From: Nitrospinaceae bacterium
Lineage (GTDB): Bacteria; Nitrospinota; Nitrospinia; Nitrospinales; VA-1
NCBI GenBank assembly: GCA_046754465.1
Contig: JBHHVU010000001.1
Span: forward strand, 32,001 to 96,000
Length of the DNA: 64,000 bases
Direction: 5' to 3'
Position numbers and translations under genes: made by a program. Position 1 is the first letter of the stretch. Every line of letters starts with the position of its first letter. The notes below the pieces were generated by a model, which saw only the letters and a list, made by a program, of their open reading frames with translations, was not told the DNA's origin and made no database searches. Shown here one piece after another: positions 20,182-28,269 of this stretch.

Positions 20182-20450
20182 TCGAGCCAGGAAGGCTTAT
20201 GGGCAGGCTCCCGCAGGGGAATCCGGTTCATGAATTCATCGTAATCGATGGCTTCATCCGCGGGCTGGGAATAAACGGGAACGGAATCCGATGGCCCCGG
20301 ACGGGCAGTCTGAACTTCATCGGTGGTCCCGGCAAAAAGGAAACTAATCAGCAGGAATGCCGCGCCTGCCGTAATGCGTTTCCAGGAATTTGTCAATCGG
20401 TCGGGAAAATGTTTTACGATTGAGTCCTTGCGCGCCTTTAACTCAATCAA
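20142..20450 (-). CDS. Hypothetical protein with one hydrophobic segment
   Basis: Fills the gap between XRE and FGE genes and overlaps both; ITAGAAFLLISFLFAG. Confidence 0.5.
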   Translation of the reverse strand: MIELKARKDSIVKHFPDRLTNSWKRITAGAAFLLISFLFAGTTDEVQTARPGPSDSVPVYSQPADEAIDYDEFMNRIPLREPAHKPSWLEWFSASGREMDFG

Positions 20451-20878
20451 CCGGCCGACTTTTTTGACGAAGAATCGTCTTCCCTGGGCTCGAGTTTTTC
20501 GAGCCGGGCTTCCAGTTCCCTGATTTTTTCTTTTTGCAGGTGAATGATGTAATCCTTGTCCTTGAGCATTTCTTCCTCCAACTTCGTTTTAGACCCATTA
20601 TCCAAATCTCGCGTCCCGGATTCAACCAAGGAATGCCTGATTCTCTTCCGGGCGGGCGCCTTTTTTGGGAGACGCGGATGGGTTCCGGACAGCAGCCAGC
20701 TTTCGGAGGTTTTCAAAGCTTTGGCCAGTTTTATCAAGGATTCAGCGCTGGGTGTGGTTTTATCGTTTTCCCAGTCACTGATGTCCGGGGGATGACACCC
20801 CACGAGCTGGGCCAGTTCCTTGGCCTTTAATCGCAACTGGTTGCGGCGAAAAACGATTCTGGATCCTATTGAAATCAT
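20447..20878 (-). CDS. XRE/cI-like helix-turn-helix regulator with C-terminal coiled coil
   Basis: IGSRIVFRR..L.L...ELAQLVG....ISDWEND.T.PS...LIKLAKAL..SESWLL.G. Confidence 0.88.
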   Translation of the reverse strand: MISIGSRIVFRRNQLRLKAKELAQLVGCHPPDISDWENDKTTPSAESLIKLAKALKTSESWLLSGTHPRLPKKAPARKRIRHSLVESGTRDLDNGSKTKLEEEMLKDKDYIIHLQKEKIRELEARLEKLEPREDDSSSKKSAG

Positions 20879-20880
20879 TG

Positions 20881-20923
20881 ATAAATTAGTACTAATAAAA
20901 ATTTATTATTGCGAATAAATTAG
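20881..20923. promoter_or_regulatory. Candidate operator sites in the AT-rich divergent intergenic region
   Basis: Perfect palindrome ATTAGTACTAAT (20885-20896); direct repeat ATAAATTAG at 20881 and 20915. Confidence 0.4.
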
Positions 20924-21209
20924 GAAATTTGCTATTATTCCCTGAAACCTCAATGGTAATGGTCTTGAATTTAACCAACGCTTTATCAATATAATTCAAA
21001 ACCTATAATTAATCAACGGTTATTCCAAATTAATTTTAACTGAAATTCTAATAAAATTTAACTATTTTGCTAATTTTTGGTATTCTGGTTCCGACTACTC
21101 CGGGATACCGGGAAAGGACCGCTTTTTTTTTCGCCCGGCTGCCCTGCTGTAATCAAAACTTCATTCTTCCAGGACACTCGGAAGAAATCGAATTGAAAGG
21201 GAATCTGGC

Positions 21210-21470
21210 ATGAATAGACAAGATTCGACCCCAGGAAAGGAAGAGGGATTGCAGAAATTGATGGGGAAGCGGGTGACCCTGTTTTGTGTGAACTACATTT
21301 ATACGGGGCGATTGGCCGGCTTGGACTCGCAGTGCGTCCTTCTTTCAGAACCCGCCATTGTTTACGAAACAGGCCCCTTGACAACCAAGGGCTGGAAGGA
21401 TGTTCAAAGCCTGCCCGGGAAATGGTACGTTCAGTTGAGCTCGATCGAATCTTTTGGAATTCTCAAATGA
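21210..21470 (+). CDS. Small phage-type protein, predicted Sm/LSm-like beta fold
   Basis: LMGKRVTLFCVNYIYTGRLAGLD...VLL pattern resembles the Sm1 motif; purine-rich RBS. Confidence 0.7.
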   Translation: MNRQDSTPGKEEGLQKLMGKRVTLFCVNYIYTGRLAGLDSQCVLLSEPAIVYETGPLTTKGWKDVQSLPGKWYVQLSSIESFGILK

Positions 21471-21622
21471 TCCGGCGAAATCGCTATAAAGGCAGGATTG
21501 TGGCGGGATCGGGTTCCGGCTCGAAATCCTGGTCCAATTCGTGGTCGGGGTCCCTGACGGGCACCGGCTGGAAATCCGGTTCTGGAGCGGGGTCTGTGTC
21601 CACTTCCTGGGTGGGTGGTTAG
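21467..21622 (+). CDS. 51-aa basic-leader, Ser/Gly/Trp-rich microprotein
   Basis: ATG overlaps the upstream stop (ATGA); MIRRNRYKGRIVAGSGSGSKSWSNSWSGSLTGTGWKSGSGAGSVSTSWVGG. Confidence 0.6.
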   Translation: MIRRNRYKGRIVAGSGSGSKSWSNSWSGSLTGTGWKSGSGAGSVSTSWVGG

Positions 21623-21686
21623 ACGGTCTCCCTCCCTGGCACCCCTACCCCGGCAACACGCCCTTCACCGCTTGACAAAAACTCCC

Positions 21687-22043
21687 TCAGGGGGCCGGCG
21701 ATCTGGCATTTTTGCATTGTTCGCACTCGCAAAGCTTTCTTAACAGCTCATGCGGGTACAGGCCAGTATCGTGTCCGTCGTTCCAGGAAAATTGAATCGC
21801 GTACAATCCAACCGAGTGCAGGCTTTTGGGCCGGATGGAATCGGGGATGGTTCCAGGCGTAATTCTTTTTTTCCCGGTCCATTCGTCGATACATTGGGCG
21901 CAGGGGCAATTTTCGCGCAGGGATTTGACGGCATAGACCGACTCATGGCCGTCCGTCCAGGTAATTCCCAGGTGCGTGGGGTCGATCTGCCTTATATTTT
22001 TTGGCGAGGGATGATGGGAGTCCACCTTCGTCGAGGAAGTCAT
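21687..22043 (-). CDS. DUF971 / GBBH N-terminal-like protein
   Basis: ITWTDGH, LRENCPCAQC, VGLYAIQFSWNDGHDTGLY. Confidence 0.88.
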   Translation of the reverse strand: MTSSTKVDSHHPSPKNIRQIDPTHLGITWTDGHESVYAVKSLRENCPCAQCIDEWTGKKRITPGTIPDSIRPKSLHSVGLYAIQFSWNDGHDTGLYPHELLRKLCECEQCKNARSPAP

Positions 22044-22048
22044 TCGCT

Positions 22049-23143
22049 TTATTCCTTCCAAGCCAGTTCGAAAGCGGCATCCACTTTATCTTCCCGGGCC
22101 TGGTTGATGCTCAACTGGGCGGCCACATTCCCGGCGAGATCCTTATAGGCGAGGCTCGCCGGAGAGTCCGGATGACTCATGAGGACCGGAACGCCGGAAT
22201 CGCCGCCCTCCACCACCTCGGCGATGATGGGGATTTCGCCCAGGAAAGGAATTTTAAACTGTTCAGCCAGGGCCTTGCCGCCGCCCTCGCGGAAAATATA
22301 GTGTTTTTTATCGCACCCGTCACAAATAAAATAGCTCATATTCTCAACGATGCCCAGCAGGGGGACCTTCACCTGCTCGAACATTTTGACTCCCTTGTCC
22401 GCATCGATCAGGCTCACTTTCTGTGGGGTGGTGACGACGACCGCGCCCGACAGGGGGGCTCTTTGGGTCAATGTCAACTGAACGTCTCCGGTGCCCGGGG
22501 GCAGGTCGATGACGAGGTAATCCAGTTCGCCCCATTCGACGTTTTGAAGAAACTGCTGGATGATGCCGCCCAGCATGGGCCCCCTCAGCATGAGCGGTTG
22601 CCCTTGTTTGGTCAGAAAAGCCGCCGAGACCACTTTGAGTCCGTATTTCTCATGCGGGTAAAATTTATTGTCGGAGGCGCCTTTTGGGGGGCTGATGGGA
22701 ATGCCCAGCATTTGCGGAATGCTGGGTCCATAAATATCCCCATCCATCAGACCCACCCGGGCTCCCGTCAATTGCAGGGCAAGGGCCAGGTTCGTGCTGA
22801 CGGTGGATTTCCCGACGCCGCCCTTGCCGCTTGCCACGGCGATGATATTTTTCACGCCCGTCAATACGGGCTGATTGTGTTGGGAAGAGCGCACCACGGC
22901 GGTCATATTCACATCCACCTTGGAAACTCCCTCGATGGCCAGGGTTTTGGTCTCGCACTCCTTTTTCAACTGCTCCTTCACCGGACAGGCGGGAGTGGTC
23001 AATTCCACGTCATAACTCACCTTCCCGTTTTCCACTTTCATATTTTTCAGGAATCCCAGGCTCACGATATCCTTGTGCAGGTCGGGATCCTTTACGGTTT
23101 TTAACACTTCAATGACTTTTTCCCGCAGTTCTTGATCAGACAT
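22049..23143 (-). CDS. apbC: Mrp/ApbC Fe-S cluster carrier ATPase with N-terminal DUF59 domain
   Basis: VKDPDL...LTTPACP; ASGKGGVGKST; LRGP; DLPPGTGD; ENMSYFICDGC. Confidence 0.92.
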   Translation of the reverse strand: MSDQELREKVIEVLKTVKDPDLHKDIVSLGFLKNMKVENGKVSYDVELTTPACPVKEQLKKECETKTLAIEGVSKVDVNMTAVVRSSQHNQPVLTGVKNIIAVASGKGGVGKSTVSTNLALALQLTGARVGLMDGDIYGPSIPQMLGIPISPPKGASDNKFYPHEKYGLKVVSAAFLTKQGQPLMLRGPMLGGIIQQFLQNVEWGELDYLVIDLPPGTGDVQLTLTQRAPLSGAVVVTTPQKVSLIDADKGVKMFEQVKVPLLGIVENMSYFICDGCDKKHYIFREGGGKALAEQFKIPFLGEIPIIAEVVEGGDSGVPVLMSHPDSPASLAYKDLAGNVAAQLSINQAREDKVDAAFELAWKE

Positions 23144-23349
23144 ATAAAACCCCCAAATATTTAACCAGCGGATCACCGGTTAATTATGACTTGAATTTAA
23201 AGGGGAATTCTTTCCCCACGAGGCCCCCGCGCTCCGGCGGGCGTCCCGTTTTCCTTAAGATGGTCAAACCCATAAAAGGATTTAAAAGGCGCGCGAAGAT
23301 CCCCTAATCCGTTTTCAGTTTGTTACTCCTTGATTTTACTTGCCTTGAA

Positions 23350-23396
23350 CCCCCATATATCGTATATATTATATGCTGGAACACAAGATGTGCCAA
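23350..23396 (+). promoter_or_regulatory. Tandem NrdR-box-like sites overlapping a candidate promoter
   Basis: CCCCCATATATCGTAT (23350) and ACACAAGATGTGCCAA (23381), 31 bp apart; TTGAAC-16 bp-TATTAT overlaps the first. Confidence 0.5.
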
Positions 23397-23748
23397 TGAC
23401 CAAATGGTTTCAATCCCTCCCTGGAGGGGAAATCGGGGAATTTGTTAAAAACCAAGGTTTCATCAAATTAGACCGCATGGACACATCGAGACAGGGATTG
23501 GCTTGCCAGGGAAGAAGCGATAACCCAAATCTCCTTCGTTTATAAGATCTGAATTTCCAGTCGTCAAGCCATTAAATGATCCATTTTTCAAGATCCGTCC
23601 ACGAATGGCCGGTCCACCCTGTAACCCAAAAATTTCAACCTGAAAGCAGAATCCAGACTGTCCATTAGTTCCGCGGGTTTCCCGCCGGTCATGGGTTGTC
23701 CGCCTTTATACCGCTTCTTGCATTAAAACCAAAAATTCCAGATCCCAT

Positions 23749-26067
23749 ATGGCTACAGAAAAAATTTCCGATATTCAGGTGGAGTTGGAAAACCGGTTTC
23801 TGACCTATGCCCTTTCCACGATCGTTTCACGGTCTCTTCCCGATGTGCGTGATGGCTTGAAGCCCATTCACCGGAGAATTCTGTTCGCGATGGACAACAT
23901 GGGGGTAACCGCCGCCGCCAAATTCGTAAAATCGGCGAAAATTATCGGCGAGGTGCTGGGGAAATATCACCCCCACGGCGACGCTTCCACTTACGAATCC
24001 ATGGTGCGCATGGCCCAAGATTTTTCGATGCGTTATCCGCTGGTCGATGGCAAAGGGAATTTTGGGTCCATCGACGGGGACGCCCCGGCCGCCTACCGGT
24101 ATACGGAAGGCCGGTTGACCCCCATCACCTCTTTTCTGTTGATGGACCTCAAAAAGGACACGGTCGATTTCAGGCAGAATTACGATAATACCCTGAAAGA
24201 GCCCGTGGTTCTTCCCTCGCGCATCCCCAATCTTTTGATCAACGGGGCTTCCGGCATCGCCGTGGGCATGGCCTGTTCCTTTCCCAGCCACAACCTGGGA
24301 GAGGTTATCAACGCCCTGACCGCGCTCATCAGCCAACCCCAACTGACAGTCACCCAGATGATGAAGTACATCAAGGGACCGGATTTCCCCACGGGTGGGA
24401 TCATTCTCAACACCAAGTCCGAGATCCGCAAAGCCTATGAGGAAGGCTCGGGAACCATCAAGATTCGCGGGGAGTGGAAAATCGAGCACCTCAACCGTGG
24501 AAAACGGCAGATCATCCTCACCTCCATCCCCTATGGGGTGAACAAGGCCAAAATGATCGAAAAAATCGCGGAAATCATCCTGGGCAAAAAACTTCCTCCC
24601 CTGGTGGACGTGCGGGACGAAAGCGACGAGAAAATGCGGGTGGTTCTGGAAATCAAGAGCCAATCCGATCCGGAAAAACTCATGAGCTATCTGTTCAAAC
24701 ACACGGATCTGGAATCCAATTTTCAGTTGAACTTCACCTGCCTCAAGCCCAACGGTGAACCCGACCGGCTTTCGCTCCTCGAAATTTGCCGCTTCTTCCT
24801 GGATTTTCGAAAAGATGTGGTCGTCCGCGGGCTCACTCATGAACTGACCCTGATAGAAAACCGGCTGCATATCCTGGATGGATTCGCGGCGGTATTCAAA
24901 AACCTCGACAAGGCCCTGAGAATCATCCGCTCCTGCAAATCCCGGTCGGAAGCTCACGACAAATTAAAAAAAGAGTTCAAGCTGGATGACACGCAGGCCA
25001 AGTCGATCCTCGAAATTCCCCTCTACCGCCTGGTGGCGATGGAAATCGACAAAATCATCACCGAGCAAAAGGAAAAACTCAAGGAGAAGAAACGGCTGGA
25101 ATCCATCCTCCGCTCCCCCAAAAAAATCTGGAATGAAGTCAAGGAGGAGCTTGAGGAAATTAAGCGAAAATTCGCCGACAAACGCCAAACCTCCATCAAA
25201 GCCATTCAAAGCGTGGATTACAATGCCGACGATTTCATTCAGCACGAAGACGTCGTTCTGGTCCTCAGCCGCAAGGGCTGGCTGAGAAAACTCAAAAGCG
25301 CGGGCGATCCCGCCTCATTGAAATTCAAGGAAAACGACGGCCTGCTCGCCAGCGGGAACTCCAACACGCGAAACCTGATCGCGTTTTTTACAAGCAGGGG
25401 AATGGTTTACATACAAAAAATTTATAATTTACCTTATACCCGGGGCGGCTTTGGCGAGCCCATTCAAAACCTCTTCAAATTCGCCGACGGCGAACGGGTG
25501 ATCCACATGCTTTCCCTGGATTCCCCAACACGGGAAGGGGAAGATAACGGCTCGATGGACACCCCCCGCTCGTCCGGCAATGGCGGGGTCAACCAGTTCA
25601 GCCTCGATTTTCCGGACCCCGATGCCAAAAAGGAGCCCGCCCCGAGGGACATCGACCTCATGGCCGCCAGCCAATCCGGTTTCGGATTCCGGTTCGCCGC
25701 CTCTATTTTGTCCGAAACCACCCGCGCGGGACGAAAAATCATGAACCTGAAAAGCAATGACCGCATGGCAGGGGTTCTCCCTGTCTTGAAGGACTATGTA
25801 TTTCTAGCCTCGGATGCCGGTAAAGGATTGATCATCCCGATCGCCCAGGTTTCCAAACTGGCCGGAACCGGAATGGGGGTCAAATTGATGAAGATCACCG
25901 GCGGCAAACTGGTGGGATTCCAATTGGTAAACCTTAAGGACAAAGTCACGCTCCTTTTGGAAGACGGGAAAACAAGGGACATCCGCATGAGCAAGATCCC
26001 GGTATACCACCGCGGTAGCATGGGTGTGATTATTTCCAAACGCAAGAAGATCGTGCAACTGATTTGA
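23749..26067 (+). CDS. parC: Type IIA DNA topoisomerase subunit A (topo IV ParC-like)
   Basis: LPDVRDGLKP, YHPHGD, AAYRYTE catalytic Tyr, GPDFPTGG; no GyrA-box seen in the CTD (the parC versus gyrA call is inference). Confidence 0.8.
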   Translation: MATEKISDIQVELENRFLTYALSTIVSRSLPDVRDGLKPIHRRILFAMDNMGVTAAAKFVKSAKIIGEVLGKYHPHGDASTYESMVRMAQDFSMRYPLVDGKGNFGSIDGDAPAAYRYTEGRLTPITSFLLMDLKKDTVDFRQNYDNTLKEPVVLPSRIPNLLINGASGIAVGMACSFPSHNLGEVINALTALISQPQLTVTQMMKYIKGPDFPTGGIILNTKSEIRKAYEEGSGTIKIRGEWKIEHLNRGKRQIILTSIPYGVNKAKMIEKIAEIILGKKLPPLVDVRDESDEKMRVVLEIKSQSDPEKLMSYLFKHTDLESNFQLNFTCLKPNGEPDRLSLLEICRFFLDFRKDVVVRGLTHELTLIENRLHILDGFAAVFKNLDKALRIIRSCKSRSEAHDKLKKEFKLDDTQAKSILEIPLYRLVAMEIDKIITEQKEKLKEKKRLESILRSPKKIWNEVKEELEEIKRKFADKRQTSIKAIQSVDYNADDFIQHEDVVLVLSRKGWLRKLKSAGDPASLKFKENDGLLASGNSNTRNLIAFFTSRGMVYIQKIYNLPYTRGGFGEPIQNLFKFADGERVIHMLSLDSPTREGEDNGSMDTPRSSGNGGVNQFSLDFPDPDAKKEPAPRDIDLMAASQSGFGFRFAASILSETTRAGRKIMNLKSNDRMAGVLPVLKDYVFLASDAGKGLIIPIAQVSKLAGTGMGVKLMKITGGKLVGFQLVNLKDKVTLLLEDGKTRDIRMSKIPVYHRGSMGVIISKRKKIVQLI

Positions 26068-26078
26068 TGTGAGGAACC

Positions 26079-27971
26079 ATGGCAACAACTTATAAAGCAG
26101 ATGACATACAGGTTCTGGAAGGATTGGACCCGGTTCGCCGGCGTCCTGGAATGTACATAGGATCCACCTCACTGACCGGGCTCCACCACCTCCTGTGGGA
26201 GATCCTGGACAATTCCGTGGACGAGGCCTTGAACGGGCATTGCAACTCCATCGACATCCTCCTGGACGCCGGGCAGGGTGTGACCATCAAGGACAACGGC
26301 CGCGGCATTCCCGTGGACCCTTTCCGGAGAACCCGGAAAAGCGCGATGGAAATTCTTTTCACCACCCTGCATTCGGGGGGAAAGTTCGGCCAGAACAATT
26401 ACAAGGTTTCCGGGGGACTCCACGGGGTGGGCATGGCGGTGGTTTGCGCCCTGTCGGAAACCCTGACCGCCACCTCCCGCCGGGATGGATTTGAATGGAC
26501 CCAGACCTATTCCCGCGGCAAGCCCACCTCCAAATTAAAGAAAGGAAAATCCACCCGGCATTACGGCACCACCGTTTATTTCCAACCCGACAAAAAAATA
26601 TTTCCCAAAATCGAGTTCAACCTCAAGTGGGTGCTCGATCAGGCCGAGTCCAAGGCGTTTTTGAATAAAGGCCTGAAAATCACCGTCCACGAAAACGGCA
26701 AAAGGCACACCTTTCAATATCCCCATGGTATCAAGGACTACATTCAAAAGATGACCGCCGGCCTTCCCGTCCTCATGGACCAACCGTTTTACATCGAAAA
26801 AGACGATCACCCCCTGAGGGTGGAAACGGCATTTTTATGGACATCCAATACCGAATCGATCCTTTTCTCCTATGCCAATGCCATCAAAACGGTGGACGGC
26901 GGTTCCCATGAAAACGGATTCCGCAACGGCATCACCAAGGCTTTCCGCGCCTATATCGAGCGGCGCAATCTTTTGCCCAAGGGAATCCCAAACATCACCG
27001 GGGAAGATGTCAAGGAAGGACTGGTTGCCATCCTCAACGTCTACCTGCAGGGGGAGGTGGAATTTCAGGGCCAGACCAAGGGACGCTTGAACTCGGAGAT
27101 CACCTCCCAGGTGGAATCCGTGGTCAAACACTCGCTCGAACACCACCTCCATAGCCACCAGACACTGGGAGACCGGATCGCCAACCGGATCATCCTGGCA
27201 GCCCAGGCGCGCATCGCCTCCCGCCAGGCCCGGGAAACCGTGCAGCGGAAAACCCTGGTCTCCCACAGACTCAACCTGCCGGGGAAGCTCGCCGACTGCG
27301 CCACCGTCGACAAAAATCTAGCGGAGCTGTTCATCTGTGAAGGAGATTCCGCGGGGGGGTCGAGCAAGCAGGCCCGGGACCGCCATACCCAGGCCATCCT
27401 GCCCATCCGCGGAAAGATTTTGAACGTGGAAACCGCAACCCTGGTTAAAATCCTGGCCAACAATGAAATCAAAAATATCATTTCCGCGATAGGAACCGGC
27501 ATCCAACCCAAATTCGATTACGGCAAACTCCGCTATGGAAAAATCATCATCATGACAGACGCCGATGTGGATGGAGCCCATATCTGCACCCTCCTTCTCA
27601 CGTTCTTCTATCGATATATGCCCGAACTGATCTTGAAGGGACACCTTTATATCGCCCAACCTCCCCTGTACCGGATCGACAAAGGAAAAGAGTCGTATTA
27701 TGCGGTCGATGACAAAGAAAAAGATAAAATTCTCCGCAACCTGAATGGTGCCCAATATGAGATCGGCCGATTCAAGGGGTTGGGTGAAATGCCTCCCGCC
27801 GATCTGAAACAAACCACCATGAAGGCCTCAACCCGTTCTCTCATCCGTGTGCAACTCGTCGACATGAACCAAACCGGGCAGACCTTCGGCCGGCTCATGG
27901 GAAAAGACTCCGAGCCCCGATTCAAATTTATCAAGGAAAAAGCGGTTTTCGTCCGGGATCTGGATGTCTGA
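26079..27971 (+). CDS. parE: Type IIA DNA topoisomerase subunit B (ParE/GyrB family)
   Basis: VRRRPGMYIG, EILDNSVDE, GGLHGVG, EGDSAGG, PIRGKILN, DADVDG, RFKGLGEM. Confidence 0.8.
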   Translation: MATTYKADDIQVLEGLDPVRRRPGMYIGSTSLTGLHHLLWEILDNSVDEALNGHCNSIDILLDAGQGVTIKDNGRGIPVDPFRRTRKSAMEILFTTLHSGGKFGQNNYKVSGGLHGVGMAVVCALSETLTATSRRDGFEWTQTYSRGKPTSKLKKGKSTRHYGTTVYFQPDKKIFPKIEFNLKWVLDQAESKAFLNKGLKITVHENGKRHTFQYPHGIKDYIQKMTAGLPVLMDQPFYIEKDDHPLRVETAFLWTSNTESILFSYANAIKTVDGGSHENGFRNGITKAFRAYIERRNLLPKGIPNITGEDVKEGLVAILNVYLQGEVEFQGQTKGRLNSEITSQVESVVKHSLEHHLHSHQTLGDRIANRIILAAQARIASRQARETVQRKTLVSHRLNLPGKLADCATVDKNLAELFICEGDSAGGSSKQARDRHTQAILPIRGKILNVETATLVKILANNEIKNIISAIGTGIQPKFDYGKLRYGKIIIMTDADVDGAHICTLLLTFFYRYMPELILKGHLYIAQPPLYRIDKGKESYYAVDDKEKDKILRNLNGAQYEIGRFKGLGEMPPADLKQTTMKASTRSLIRVQLVDMNQTGQTFGRLMGKDSEPRFKFIKEKAVFVRDLDV

Positions 27972-28269
27972 TCCTGCCCCGTTGATGGGTCCTTTCCCAC
28001 CCGGCTTCAACCGTCGGAAATTCCCATTCTGAATCCCCTGAAAAATCCCTCGTTTCTTTTCCGCCATTGCCGTTACCGCGCCCGGTGACGATTCCGCTTT
28101 TTACATTTACAATTAAAGTTTAAGGTATTCTAAAAGCTCTTATAAGTTCAATTATATCAATAATCTTTTAAGCTCCTCCCCGCCTTTTATTATTGTATTC
28201 GGGCCATTAAAACAGTAAAATAACTATCAATCCCAAATTTATTATTCGCGGATCAAAATCTCCCCTGAA

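Noticed and set aside
20447..21622. Intact prophage
   Set aside because: No integrase, terminase, structural or lysis genes and no att repeats seen
23407..23452. GTTTCAATCCCTCC... resembling the start of a CRISPR repeat
   Set aside because: Single copy, no spacer-repeat periodicity, no cas genes in the window
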